From NCBI GenBank assembly GCA_041752695.1, contig JBGSVZ010000034.1:1-50505 (forward strand): a stretch of 50,505 nt of DNA. Direction: 5' to 3'. Shown in pieces: positions 9,322 through 19,186 of the stretch (positions within the stretch are counted from its first letter, which is position 1; each line of letters opens with the position of its first letter). The notes under the pieces were generated by a model that saw only the letters and a program-made list of their open reading frames with translations, was not told where the DNA came from and ran no database searches. The position numbers and the translations under genes are program-made. The DNA comes from Terrimicrobiaceae bacterium (GTDB lineage: Bacteria > Verrucomicrobiota > Verrucomicrobiia > Chthoniobacterales > Terrimicrobiaceae).

Positions 9322-9977
9322 GGTGCGACCGGTTCGCGCAGACGGTAACCGACCCCGCGAACGGTTTCGATCACATCGGCATCCGGCAGCTTTTTCCGGA
9401 GGGATTTGACATGGGCGTCCACCGTGCGGTCGGTCACGCAACCGCCGTCGGGCCAGGCGCGGTCGAGGAGCTGGTTGCGGGTGAAAACGCGCCCGGGCTG
9501 GGCCAGTAGCACGGCGAGGAGGTCAAATTCCAGGCGGGAAAGGTCCACCGGCTGGCCGTGATAGGTGACGGTGTGTTTCTCCACATCAAGCTGAATCGCG
9601 CCAGTCGAGGCCACGGCCGGAGCCCGCACAAACCTCCGCATGATGGCTTTGATCCGGGCGAGCAGTTCGCGGGTGCTGAACGGTTTGGCCAGGTAGTCGT
9701 CCCCGCCAATCTCCAGCCCCACCACGCGGTCGATCTCGTCGGAGCGCGAGGTGAGAAAAAGGACGGGGATGTCCGAGGTTTTGCGCAGCCGTCGGCAAAC
9801 TTCAAAGCCGTCGAAATCCGGCAGGCCAACGTCGAGCACGAGGCAGTCCGCCAGGGGCGCTTTCTCCAGAGCTTCCGCTCCCCGGCCCGCCGAGAGGACC
9901 TCGTGCCCCGCGGCCTTCAGCGAATATTCGAGAACTTCGAAAATGCCGGGGTCATCCTCAACGACGAGGATTTTCAC
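9318..9977 (-). CDS. creB: OmpR-family response regulator, CreB-like
   Basis: ILVVEDD, LDVGLPD, GGDDYLAKPF, PGRVFTR...DRTVDAHVKSLRKKL, TVRGVGY; GTG start at 9977. Confidence 0.78.
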   Translation of the reverse strand: MKILVVEDDPGIFEVLEYSLKAAGHEVLSAGRGAEALEKAPLADCLVLDVGLPDFDGFEVCRRLRKTSDIPVLFLTSRSDEIDRVVGLEIGGDDYLAKPFSTRELLARIKAIMRRFVRAPAVASTGAIQLDVEKHTVTYHGQPVDLSRLEFDLLAVLLAQPGRVFTRNQLLDRAWPDGGCVTDRTVDAHVKSLRKKLPDADVIETVRGVGYRLREPVAP

Positions 9978-9987
9978 AGAGTACCCA

Positions 9988-10452
9988 TCACAACATCTTG
10001 AGGGTGAACGGGAATTCGTAGGGCTCGTCATTGCTGGCCTTGACGCCGCCAATGATCGTGAAAATCAGCCAGGGAATGCCGACAACGAGGGGCAAAATAA
10101 GCGGCACAATGAGGCAGGACCCGACAAAAAACGCCACCATCGCGGCAATCATATAAATGGTGTAGGAGATCTGAAAATTGAGCACCTTCTTCCCTTCGGC
10201 CTCGAGGCCGGGCAGCTCGGTTTTTTTGATCAACCAGATCACCAGCGGGGCGATGATGTTTCCGGCGGGAATGAAGAACGCACAGAGGGCGCTCAGGTTA
10301 AGGATGACCTTCCATTGTTTTTCCTCCGGACTCGTCGCGGAAACGACGGCGGGCGGAGCTGGGGTCGATGCCGGGGTGGGGGGTGGAACGATCTCGGAGG
10401 CGGGAGTCGGCTCAGGATTGGGCTCGGGCGTGGCTGGCGGCGGCGTTTCCAT
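9988..10452 (-). CDS. DUF4870 domain membrane protein
   Basis: Pro-rich N-terminus; PLVIWLIKK...GKKVLNFQIS...GVKAS..EPYEFPF pattern. Confidence 0.85.
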   Translation of the reverse strand: METPPPATPEPNPEPTPASEIVPPPTPASTPAPPAVVSATSPEEKQWKVILNLSALCAFFIPAGNIIAPLVIWLIKKTELPGLEAEGKKVLNFQISYTIYMIAAMVAFFVGSCLIVPLILPLVVGIPWLIFTIIGGVKASNDEPYEFPFTLKML

Positions 10453-10537
10453 CCGGGGCGTGTAGCAAGTTTTGTGCGCGGCGTCGATGGAGATTGCGGT
10501 GGTTGCGGGGTAAAAATTTCCCTGTCATATTCCGTCC

Positions 10538-11413
10538 ATGCTCCGAATTTTCCTTTGCGCGATTTTTCTCGCCGTCGTTTCGTCGTTGGAAGCGGCGCCC
10601 CTGCCCGAGAGTGTGATCTTCGTCGGCCCCACCAAATACAAAGCGCTAGTGGAGCGGGCAACCGCGGAAGGTTGGGGTGCCCTGCCCATCGGCGAGCGCG
10701 CGGCCAAGGTCGGGCACTCGCTGCTGGGCACGCCCTATACCAACTACACTCTCGAACTCGACACCCGCATCGAAACTCCCAGCGTGAACATGGCGGGCAT
10801 GGACTGCTGGACATTTTTCGAAATTTCCCTCGCGATTGCCCGCGCCATCAAGACCTCGGAAAACCCCGGCCCGCAGGACCTTCTCCGCATGATCGAACTC
10901 GACCGCTACCGCGGCGGCCGCTGCGACGGAAAATTCACCTCCCGCCTCCACCACCTCGAAGATTGGCTGCAGGACAATCAACGCCGCGGACTGGTCAAAG
11001 ACATCACGCCATCCCTGCCCGGGGCGCGGAAAATCACCCGCACGATGAACTACATGGGCGGCGGCGCTTCGAAATACTTCCGTCAGCTCCGTGCCGACCC
11101 CTCCATGATTCCCACCATGGCCCGGATCGAGCGAGGGTTGTCGGATCGCGGTATTTGGTACCTACCAAAATCGAAGGTTGCCGCCGCCGAGAAATCCCTC
11201 CGCAGCGGAGACATCATCTGCATCGTCACCACATGGCACGGCAGCTACACCTCCCACGTCGGCCTCGCTTACCGTGACAGCAAGGGGGTCCTCCGCTTCA
11301 TGCATGCCTCCAAAAATGCCAGGGAGGTCGTCGTGGATTCCCGCCTGAGCGAGTACCTCAATCGCTATTCCCTCCATGCGGGCATCATGGTGGCCCGACC
11401 GAACGATCTCTGA
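10538..11413 (+). CDS. DUF1460 / N-acetylmuramoyl-L-alanine amidase-like secreted protein (NlpC/P60 superfamily)
   Basis: Signal peptide; LLGTPY...TLE, MDCWTFFE, RYRGG, SRLHH, SHVGLA, FMHAS. Confidence 0.85.
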   Translation: MLRIFLCAIFLAVVSSLEAAPLPESVIFVGPTKYKALVERATAEGWGALPIGERAAKVGHSLLGTPYTNYTLELDTRIETPSVNMAGMDCWTFFEISLAIARAIKTSENPGPQDLLRMIELDRYRGGRCDGKFTSRLHHLEDWLQDNQRRGLVKDITPSLPGARKITRTMNYMGGGASKYFRQLRADPSMIPTMARIERGLSDRGIWYLPKSKVAAAEKSLRSGDIICIVTTWHGSYTSHVGLAYRDSKGVLRFMHASKNAREVVVDSRLSEYLNRYSLHAGIMVARPNDL

Positions 11414-11559
11414 TCTAGTGCGGCCGCCGTGAAGCGGCGGTGAGCTCCACCCTCTCACGAGCGCGACGGCCCCCGGGCTGCTGACCGTTTCGGCGGAAAA
11501 AATCCGCGCTCATTTCGCATTTGCCTATCTCGGCCCCAGCGATATTCTGTTCGGTTCTC

Positions 11560-11910
11560 ATGAACCTTACCGATTTCCTTCTCCTTGCGCAGGCTGCGGC
11601 TCCCGCTCCCGGCGCGCCTGAGCAGCCGCCGTTTTTCATGTCGATCGCGCCGCTGATCTTTGTCTTCGTGATTTTCTATTTTTTGCTCATCCGTCCGCAG
11701 CAAAAACGCGCCAAGGAGCATGCCAAGCTCGTCTCCGGAGTCAAAACCGGTGACAAAGTCATCACCAGCTCCGGCATTCATGGCATCGTCGCCAATGTGA
11801 AGGATAAGACGGTGATGGTGAAGGTGGCGGACAACGTAAAACTCGAATTCGACCGGGCCGCCATCACTTCGATCGAAAGCGGCTCCGACGTCGCCGTCGA
11901 AGCCAAATAA
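11560..11910 (+). CDS. yajC: Preprotein translocase subunit YajC
   Basis: FYFLLIRPQQKR...GDKVITSSGIHG; upstream of secDF. Confidence 0.95.
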   Translation: MNLTDFLLLAQAAAPAPGAPEQPPFFMSIAPLIFVFVIFYFLLIRPQQKRAKEHAKLVSGVKTGDKVITSSGIHGIVANVKDKTVMVKVADNVKLEFDRAAITSIESGSDVAVEAK

Positions 11911-11959
11911 TTTTCCAGCCGTTCGTGCGCCCCCTTTCACGGACCACCTTTCTCCCGCC

Positions 11960-14275
11960 ATGACTCCAGCGATCACCTTTTTCATCGGTCTCCTTCTCCT
12001 GATTCTCTTCGGGTGGTATTTCGCCACCGACCTGCCCGGCCGCAAACGCTCGCTGGGCCTGGTGCTCACGGTTTTTGTCGTGGCCTTCAGCCTGCAGCAG
12101 TTTTTCCAGCTGAAAATTCCGCTCGGCCTTGACCTCAAGGGCGGCACGTCGTTTTTGCTCAAGCTGACGCCGCAGGACGGCAAAACGCTCAGCAAGGACA
12201 TGCTGGAGCAGGCTGTGGAAGTCATTCGCAAACGAGTGGATCCGGGGGGCGTAGGCGAGCCGGTAATCGCTCCCCAGGGCGACGACCGTATCATGGTGCA
12301 GATTCCGGGGCTTGATACGCCGGAAAAAATCGATATTCAGCGCGATCAGCTCCAGCGGGTGGCAAAACTGGATTTCGCCTCGGTCCTTCCCGCCTCCCAG
12401 GAACAGATTGCCGCCATCGAGGCCGGGGAACAGCTTCTCAACCCAGCTTATGTGATCAAGGTGTACAAGTCGGAGCACAACGGCAAACCTGTGGAGTCCA
12501 AATTGCTCGTCAAGCGGAACCCCGAGGTGTCCGGCGACCACGTCACGCAAGCCCACGCCTATTACGACCAACAAGGCTACGGCGTCTCCCTCCAGCTCGA
12601 CGGAGAGGGTGCCAAACGTTTCGACGAGGTGGCGGCCCAGCATCACAAGGAGCAGCTTGCGATCTTGCTGGATGGCGAAGTGATTACCGCGCCGACCCTG
12701 CAAACGACGCGTTTCGGCGGCCGCGCTCAGATCACGGGAAATTATTCGGAAAAAGAAGCACGCGATCTGGCCAGTTCTCTGGAAAATCCCCTGCGCGTGC
12801 CGGTTTCCATCGAAGAAACCCGCACGGTTTCCTCCACGCTGGGCATGGACTCGATCAAGAGCGGCGTCCTGGCCGGGTTGAGCGGTCTGGTTCTCGTTCT
12901 CGGTTTCGTCATGATCTATTACCGCATGGCGGGCATGATTGCCTTCGTCGGTCTGCTGGTGAATATCGTCATCCTCTTTGGAACGATGGCCATGTTCCAG
13001 TTCGTGCTCACTCTCCCGGGTATCGCCGGCATCATCCTTTCCATCGGTATGGCCGTCGATGCGAACGTCCTCATCTACGAGCGCTTGCGCGAGGAAACGG
13101 CGGCGGGCAAGTCCCTCACCGCCGCTCTCGAAGCCGCTTACGACAAGGCTTTCAGCGCCATCTTCGACGCCAACGTCACCACCCTGATCACTTCCATTAT
13201 TCTCTTCTGGCAGGCCACCGGATCGGTGAAGGGGTTCGCCGTTACCCTTACGCTCGGCATCATCGCCTCGATGTTCTCGGCCCTGCTCGTCACGCGCACA
13301 CTCTTCCGTTGGATGATTGAAAAAGGGGGCCTGAAAAAACTCTCCATGCTCGATCTGATCCCCAAGAAGAAGTTCGACTTCCTCGGCAAACGGGTCATCT
13401 CCGCCATCGTCTCCATTGTTTTGATTGGCGGTTCCCTCGCCATTGTCGCCTGGCGCGGTGAGAAGAACCTGGGCATCGATTTCCGCGGGGGGGATTTGTT
13501 GATCGTGGATTCGCAGCAGGCGATCCCGGTGGACGATGCCCGCAAGGCCCTGCAAAACATCGGGCTGGGAGATGTGACCATCCAATTTGAGCGGGAAGGC
13601 ATGAAGGAGATGCTCTCCTTCCGGAGTCCTGGCGGCACGTCTGATGAGATCTTCCGCAAGCTGGAGGAAGCTTTTCCCGGGCGCGGTCTCACTTCCGTCT
13701 CTCAGGAGCAGGTCGGCCCCCAAATCGGCCTGGAATTTGCCAAAAAAGCACTCTTTGCCCTGATCCTCGGCATGGTGGGAATCCTGGTCTACGTGACCAT
13801 TCGTTTCGAGTTCTCCTTTGCCCTCGCGACCGTCGTGGCCTTGCTTCACGACGTCATTATCACCATCGGCCTTTTTGCTCTGATCGGGGGCGAATTCTCC
13901 CTGGTGATGGTCGGGGCCATCCTCACCATCGCGGGCTATTCGGTGAACGATACGATCGTGGTGTTTGACCGCATCCGTGACGGTCTGAAGCACGGCGAAC
14001 GCGGCTCGACGCAGACCCTCATGAATACGGCGATCAATGAGACTCTCGGACGCACCATCCTCACCGGGGGCACCACGCTGCTCTCCGTGGGCGCGCTGTA
14101 TTTCTTTGGCGGCGCCGTGCTGCGCGACTTCTCCTTTGCCATCCTGATCGGCATCGTGGTGGGCACCTATTCGTCTATCTTCGTCGCCTCGCCGATTGTG
14201 CTCTGGTGGTCGAAAATGCGCGGCAAGAGCATCCGTCGCGAAGTGCTCGAAGGCGAACAGCTGAAGAGCGTCTGA
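11960..14275 (+). CDS. secDF: Fused protein translocase subunit SecDF
   Basis: LGLDLKGG, TLPGIAGIILSIGMAVDANVLIYER, GIDFRGG, GYSVNDTIVVFDRIR. Confidence 0.96.
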   Translation: MTPAITFFIGLLLLILFGWYFATDLPGRKRSLGLVLTVFVVAFSLQQFFQLKIPLGLDLKGGTSFLLKLTPQDGKTLSKDMLEQAVEVIRKRVDPGGVGEPVIAPQGDDRIMVQIPGLDTPEKIDIQRDQLQRVAKLDFASVLPASQEQIAAIEAGEQLLNPAYVIKVYKSEHNGKPVESKLLVKRNPEVSGDHVTQAHAYYDQQGYGVSLQLDGEGAKRFDEVAAQHHKEQLAILLDGEVITAPTLQTTRFGGRAQITGNYSEKEARDLASSLENPLRVPVSIEETRTVSSTLGMDSIKSGVLAGLSGLVLVLGFVMIYYRMAGMIAFVGLLVNIVILFGTMAMFQFVLTLPGIAGIILSIGMAVDANVLIYERLREETAAGKSLTAALEAAYDKAFSAIFDANVTTLITSIILFWQATGSVKGFAVTLTLGIIASMFSALLVTRTLFRWMIEKGGLKKLSMLDLIPKKKFDFLGKRVISAIVSIVLIGGSLAIVAWRGEKNLGIDFRGGDLLIVDSQQAIPVDDARKALQNIGLGDVTIQFEREGMKEMLSFRSPGGTSDEIFRKLEEAFPGRGLTSVSQEQVGPQIGLEFAKKALFALILGMVGILVYVTIRFEFSFALATVVALLHDVIITIGLFALIGGEFSLVMVGAILTIAGYSVNDTIVVFDRIRDGLKHGERGSTQTLMNTAINETLGRTILTGGTTLLSVGALYFFGGAVLRDFSFAILIGIVVGTYSSIFVASPIVLWWSKMRGKSIRREVLEGEQLKSV

Positions 14276-14282
14276 GGTTGCT

Positions 14283-14342
14283 GGCTGGGGAGCGTTGTCC
14301 TCAACGCTCCTTCGACGGCGCTTCGGGACAAAGCGCCCTGCC
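14283..14342. repeat. Inverted pair of REP-like palindromes between convergent secDF and araC
   Basis: GGAGCGTTGTCCTCAACGCTCC and GGCGCTTCGGGACAAAGCGCCCTGCC; both carry a TTGTCC core in opposite orientation. Confidence 0.55.
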
Positions 14343-14354
14343 GTTTTTGTCCAG

Positions 14355-15170
14355 TCATCCCGCCCGCGACCCCGCCCAGGCCCGGGGTTGCACGCCGGTG
14401 TATTTGCGGAACCAGCGGGAAAAATAATTCTGGTCGAGGAACCCGAGCATCTCGCAGACCTCTTTGGCCCGGCGATCCTCCCGCAGCAGCCGCTGGGCCC
14501 TTTCAATCAGACGGGAATCCCGGTACTCGCGCAGGGTCTGTCCGGTGGCCTGTTTAAAGATCCTGTTGAGATAATCCGTTTGATACCCCATCCGCGCGGC
14601 CACTTCGGTGATCGCCGGAAGCGGCTCCGCGAATTTTTGCAGTTCGCGGTCAAAGTGCCGGACAAATGCGGGCGTCTCCCGCCGCTGGGCAGGCAGGATG
14701 GACAGTCCACGAAGAAGGGTGTCCAGAATGCGCAGCACAACGCCGGCGACCAAAAGCCGGCTGGTCGCCAGCGTCGGATCCGGCAGGCGGGTGATCTCCG
14801 CCAGTTCCCGCCGGATGGCCGTGGCTTCGGCCTGACTCAGCCGGCCCTGCGCCATACCGTGTTTCACCGATCCCCGCCAGTCCAGATCGAGCACCAGGCA
14901 GAGCGGACGCCGCCCCGACGTTTCCCGAAAGCCGTGTTCGCAGCGGGGCGGCAGGAAAACCACCGAACCCGGGCCAATCTCCTGCTCACGGCCCTCCGCG
15001 GTCGTGCGTCCGTGTCCGCTGAGATAACAGAGGATCTGCGAGAAGGTGTGGGAATGCCGGGCAAACTGGTCCACCTCCGGCAGGTGACGATTGAGCCGCA
15101 GGCGGCGAATGCGTACGCCGGGCAGGCGGACGTCAAGTTCTTGAAGAAGGAGGGGCCGGTAATGTTTCAT
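14355..15170 (-). CDS. AraC family transcriptional regulator
   Basis: Cupin-like N-terminus (HSH...HGF) and C-terminal HTH pair (YLNRIFKQATG...LGFLDQNYFSRWFRKYTG). Confidence 0.92.
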   Translation of the reverse strand: MKHYRPLLLQELDVRLPGVRIRRLRLNRHLPEVDQFARHSHTFSQILCYLSGHGRTTAEGREQEIGPGSVVFLPPRCEHGFRETSGRRPLCLVLDLDWRGSVKHGMAQGRLSQAEATAIRRELAEITRLPDPTLATSRLLVAGVVLRILDTLLRGLSILPAQRRETPAFVRHFDRELQKFAEPLPAITEVAARMGYQTDYLNRIFKQATGQTLREYRDSRLIERAQRLLREDRRAKEVCEMLGFLDQNYFSRWFRKYTGVQPRAWAGSRAG

Positions 15171-15209
15171 GAGGAGGAGGGCAGCCGGAGCGCTGCGCGA
15201 GAATCCTAC

Positions 15210-15227
15210 TTTTGTCTGGAGACAAAA
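15210..15227. promoter_or_regulatory. Palindromic operator candidate in the divergent araC/SDR promoter region
   Basis: TTTTGTCT-GG-AGACAAAA perfect inverted repeat in an AT-rich intergenic region. Confidence 0.45.
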
Positions 15228-15303
15228 ATAAAGTCGTTTTTGTGCTAATAATTGCAGCTGCTGTCATAACACCCTCACGCCGGCCTCGTTATGGTGCACA
15301 ACG

Positions 15304-16095
15304 ATGTCTCTCCCTCCTGTTGTCCTTGTTACGGGTTCCAGCCGCGGCCTTGGTCGCGGGGTTGCCGAATCGCTTGCTGCCGCGGGTTACAGCGTGGCCA
15401 TCCACTACGCCAACAACGAAAAGGCCGCCATGGAAACGGCGGAAGCCTGCCGTGGGCTCGCCGCATCGCCGGACCAACGATTTGCCATCGTCGGCGGGAA
15501 TGTCGGCCTTGCTGCGGACCGCCAACGACTTTTCGACCAGACCCTCGAAGCCTTCGGCCATCTGGATGCCCTGGTGAACAACGCCGGCATCGCGCCACGG
15601 GTTCGCGCGGATATCACGGAAGCCACGGAGGACATCTTTGACGAAGTCATCGCGGTCAATCTGAAGGGGCCGTATTTTCTCTCCCAACTCGCCGCGAAAT
15701 ACTGGCTGGCCAACCCGGGCGCATCCCGCCTCTCGACGGGCTACAAACTGATGTTTGTCAGTTCCCTCTCAGCCAACACCGCCTCCATCAACCGGGGCGA
15801 ATATTGCATTTCCAAAGCCGGCCTCGCCATGGCTTCGCAGCTTTGGTCCGTCCGCCTCGCCGCCGAAGGTGTCCAGGTCCTGGAACTCCGGCCCGGCATC
15901 ATGGCAACGGACATGACCTCCGGCGTGAAGGAAAAATACGACAAGATGCTGGCCGATGGGCTGGTGCCCCAAAAACGCTGGGGCACCCCTTCCGATGTGG
16001 GGAGGGCGGTGGAGTCAATCCTCGCCGGACACTTTCCCTTCAGCCAGGGCGACGTCATCAATGTGGACGGCGGTTTTCATCTCCGTCGCCTATAA
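15304..16095 (+). CDS. Short-chain dehydrogenase/reductase (SDR)
   Basis: TGSSRGLG, NNAG and YCISK catalytic motif. Confidence 0.92.
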   Translation: MSLPPVVLVTGSSRGLGRGVAESLAAAGYSVAIHYANNEKAAMETAEACRGLAASPDQRFAIVGGNVGLAADRQRLFDQTLEAFGHLDALVNNAGIAPRVRADITEATEDIFDEVIAVNLKGPYFLSQLAAKYWLANPGASRLSTGYKLMFVSSLSANTASINRGEYCISKAGLAMASQLWSVRLAAEGVQVLELRPGIMATDMTSGVKEKYDKMLADGLVPQKRWGTPSDVGRAVESILAGHFPFSQGDVINVDGGFHLRRL

Positions 16096-16118
16096 TTCGC
16101 CCTTAGCCATTTGTTGTT

Positions 16119-17504
16119 ATGATCAAAATTGATTTCTCTCTCCAACCCGCAGACCTCGCCCCGAAGATTCAGAAGCTTTGGGAAGTCTCCGCGCCGAAAA
16201 TTCTCTCCCTCGACGCCGCCGACCAACCCGGCAGCGCGACGCCCGTTTTCACCGTGGACGGAAAATACACGGCGCGTGGCTGGACCGAATGGACCCAGGG
16301 GTTTGTCTACGGCTCTGCCATTTTGCAATACGATGCCACGGGCGACGACCAGTTCCTGACTCTCGGACGCAACCGCACCCGCGAACGGATGGCTCACCAC
16401 ATCACCCACATCGGGGTGCATGATCATGGATTTAATAATGTTTCGACCTACGGAAACCTGCTCCGCCTCATGGTCGAGGGGCGTATCCCGGACAATGCTG
16501 GAGAGAAGGATTTCTACGAACTTGCCCTCAAATGCACGGGTGCCGTGCAAGCCGCCCGCTGGACCGAAATCGCCGGAGGCGGGGGATATATCTATTCGTT
16601 CAACGGACCCCATTCGCTCTTTGCCGATACCATTCGTTCGCTGCGGGCTCTCTCCGTCTCCCATGCTCTCGGCCATGTCCTGATGGGGGAAAAGGATCGG
16701 AAGATTTCCCTGCTCGAACGCCTGCTTCAGCACGCCAAGACCACGTCGGATTTTGCGGTTTTTTATGGCGAGGGCCGGGATGCTTATGACGAACGCGGCC
16801 GCACCGCTCATGAAAGCATCTTCAATCTTAATGATGGCAATTTTCGCTGCCCGAATTCCCAGCAGGGCTTCTCGCCCTTCACCACGTGGACTCGTGGGCA
16901 GGCATGGATCATCGCTGGCTACCCCGAACAATTGGAGTGGGTCGCCACCCTGTCCGACAGCGAACTCGAACCTTTTGGCGGTCGCGCCGCCGTCGAAGCC
17001 CTGTTGCTGAAACCCGCCCTGGCGAGCTGCGACCATTACATCGCCGAAACCCCGACAGACGGCATTCCCTATTGGGACACCGGCGCACCCTTGCTCCACC
17101 ATCTCGGTGACTACCGCGACAAACCTGCCATGATCGAAAATGACTTCGAGCCCGTGGACAGCTCCGCCGCCGCCATCGCAGCGCAGGGTCTCTTGCGTCT
17201 GGGTCGGTATCTGACGGCCAAAGGCGACACCCGGGGGGATCGCTATTTCCAGGCCGGCCTCACCGTGGCTAATACCGTCCTGGCCGAACCCTACCTTTCG
17301 ACGGATCCCAACCATCAGGGGCTCATTCTCCATTCGATCTATCACCGCCCCAACGGCTGGGACCACATCCCCGCGGGCAGCAAAATTCCGCGCGGCGAAT
17401 CTTCCATGTGGGGCGACTACCATGCCCGCGAACTTGCGCTGTATCTCCAGCGCCTGGGAGAAAATCGTCCCTATTACACCTTCTTCGGCGGGGTGGAAAA
17501 ATAA
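16119..17504 (+). CDS. Glycoside hydrolase family 88-like (unsaturated glucuronyl hydrolase-like)
   Basis: WTQGF, HDHGF, FADT, WTRGQAW, IPYWD, DSSAAAI and WGDY motifs; no signal peptide. Confidence 0.8.
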   Translation: MIKIDFSLQPADLAPKIQKLWEVSAPKILSLDAADQPGSATPVFTVDGKYTARGWTEWTQGFVYGSAILQYDATGDDQFLTLGRNRTRERMAHHITHIGVHDHGFNNVSTYGNLLRLMVEGRIPDNAGEKDFYELALKCTGAVQAARWTEIAGGGGYIYSFNGPHSLFADTIRSLRALSVSHALGHVLMGEKDRKISLLERLLQHAKTTSDFAVFYGEGRDAYDERGRTAHESIFNLNDGNFRCPNSQQGFSPFTTWTRGQAWIIAGYPEQLEWVATLSDSELEPFGGRAAVEALLLKPALASCDHYIAETPTDGIPYWDTGAPLLHHLGDYRDKPAMIENDFEPVDSSAAAIAAQGLLRLGRYLTAKGDTRGDRYFQAGLTVANTVLAEPYLSTDPNHQGLILHSIYHRPNGWDHIPAGSKIPRGESSMWGDYHARELALYLQRLGENRPYYTFFGGVEK

Positions 17505-17505
17505 T

Positions 17506-17531
17506 GGGGGCCAAGGGCCTGGCCCCCTCCA
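17506..17531 (-). repeat. GGAG-type REP-like palindrome (same family as 3336-3387)
   Basis: Reverse complement TGGAGGGGGCCAGGCCCTTGGCCCCC versus TGGAGGGCGGCAGGCCCTTGCCGCC. Confidence 0.6.
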
Positions 17532-17542
17532 ACTGACGACTT

Positions 17543-17998
17543 ATGATCATCTCTGACCTTGCTCTTATTGAAGGCCGCCGGTACCCGGCGCGCCGTCGCA
17601 CCCAAAATCTTGCCGGGGGCGTGGCCCCCATCCAGGCGAAAAACTTTGCCATCGGCAACGTCACGCTGGATCCGAACGGCGGTCAGGTGCCGTGGCATAA
17701 CCAGGAGCAGGAGGAGGTTTATTTTGTCGTCGAAGGCACGGGCGAAATGTGTCTGGGCGGGGAACGTCAGACCGTCACCAGCGGCCAGATGGTTTACATT
17801 CCCTCCGGCGTCTTTCACCAGCTCACCAACATCGGCAATACGCCCCTGCGCATGATTTATTGCTATGGCCCCGCCGGTGATGTGGCCCACTGGCGCCAGG
17901 AACTGGCCGGCACTTTGCCTCCCGCCGGAGTTGGCGACACCCCTCCGCTGCCCGATGGTGCTCAGCCCCAATGCACCACGCCGCCTACGAATGACTAA
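17543..17998 (+). CDS. Cupin domain protein
   Basis: PWHNQEQEEVYFVVEG...YIPSGVFHQLTN cupin motifs. Confidence 0.9.
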   Translation: MIISDLALIEGRRYPARRRTQNLAGGVAPIQAKNFAIGNVTLDPNGGQVPWHNQEQEEVYFVVEGTGEMCLGGERQTVTSGQMVYIPSGVFHQLTNIGNTPLRMIYCYGPAGDVAHWRQELAGTLPPAGVGDTPPLPDGAQPQCTTPPTND

Positions 17999-18022
17999 TG
18001 ACCATTGACCAATAACAAAACT

Positions 18023-19174
18023 ATGAAAATCCACAAAGTCGGTATCATCATGAACGGCGTCACCGGACGCATGGGCACGAACCAGCACCTGATTCGGTCC
18101 ATTGACGCCATTATCAAGCAGGGGGGCGTGAAGGTGAGTCCCACCGAGTTTATCATGCCCGAGGCCGTGCTGGTCGGCCGAAACGAGGTGAAGTTGCAGG
18201 AACTTTGTGATCGCACGTCGGTCAAGAAGTGGACCACCGACCTCGACAGCGTGATGAAAGACCCCGCGTATTCGATCTACTTCGATGCGCAGAGCACCCT
18301 CCGTCGCTTCGATGCGGTCAAACAGGCCGCGGAGGCCGGCAAGCATGTCTATTGCGAAAAGCCGACCGCGATCACCACGGACAATGCCTACAAGCTCTAT
18401 GAAATCTGCCGCGACGCCGGCGTGAAAAACGGCGTGGTGCAGGACAAGCTCTGGCTGCCTGGTCTGGTGAAGTTCATGCGCTTGAAGGAAAATGGCTTTT
18501 TCGGCGACATCCTCAGCGTCCGGGGCGAATTTGGCTATTGGGTGTTTGAAGGTCACACCATCCCCGCCCAGCGTCCGAGTTGGAATTACCGCAAGGAAGA
18601 TGGAGGCGGCATGGTGGTGGATATGCTTTGTCACTGGCGCTACGTCATGGACAACCTGTTCGGCGAAGTGAAAAAAGTCTCCTGCCTCGCCTCGACCCAC
18701 ATCCCGGAGCGGGTGGACGAACAGGGGAAACCTTACGTCTGCACCGCCGACGACTCCGCGTACTCCACGTTTGAACTGGAGAACGGGATCATCTGTCATT
18801 TCAATTCCTCGTGGAACGTTCGCGTTCGTCGCGACGACCTCCTCACCATGCAGGTGGATGGCACGAAGGGCAGCGCGATCGTCGGCCTGCGCGACTGCTG
18901 GACCCAGCATTATGGCAACACGCCGAAACCCGTCTGGAATCCCGACATTCCAAGCCCGATCAATTTCTTCGATGGTTGGGCCAAGGTCCCCGAGCAGGAA
19001 ACCTATGACAATGCATTCAAAATTCAGTGGGAGCTTTTCCTCCGTCACGTCGTGCTCGACGAGCCATTCCGCTGGACCCTTCTCGAAGGGGCCAAGGGTG
19101 TGCAATTGGCCGAATTTGGTCTGAAGAGCAGCGACGAACGCCGCTGGCTGGACTTGCCGGATTTGAGCGCCTAG
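18023..19174 (+). CDS. Gfo/Idh/MocA family oxidoreductase
   Basis: [30 protein letters not shown]. Confidence 0.92.
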   Translation: MKIHKVGIIMNGVTGRMGTNQHLIRSIDAIIKQGGVKVSPTEFIMPEAVLVGRNEVKLQELCDRTSVKKWTTDLDSVMKDPAYSIYFDAQSTLRRFDAVKQAAEAGKHVYCEKPTAITTDNAYKLYEICRDAGVKNGVVQDKLWLPGLVKFMRLKENGFFGDILSVRGEFGYWVFEGHTIPAQRPSWNYRKEDGGGMVVDMLCHWRYVMDNLFGEVKKVSCLASTHIPERVDEQGKPYVCTADDSAYSTFELENGIICHFNSSWNVRVRRDDLLTMQVDGTKGSAIVGLRDCWTQHYGNTPKPVWNPDIPSPINFFDGWAKVPEQETYDNAFKIQWELFLRHVVLDEPFRWTLLEGAKGVQLAEFGLKSSDERRWLDLPDLSA

Positions 19175-19186
19175 GATCAGGTTTTC

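Noticed and set aside
9751..11277. 508-aa plus-strand ORF
   Set aside because: Overlaps three better-supported genes in other frames or strands; low-complexity Arg/Pro-rich translation.
11864..14506. 880-aa minus-strand ORF (also 17474-19843, 31951-34332, 30600-32045, 44653-46083 and similar)
   Set aside because: Antisense shadows of well-supported genes, caused by GC-rich codon bias; no recognisable motifs.
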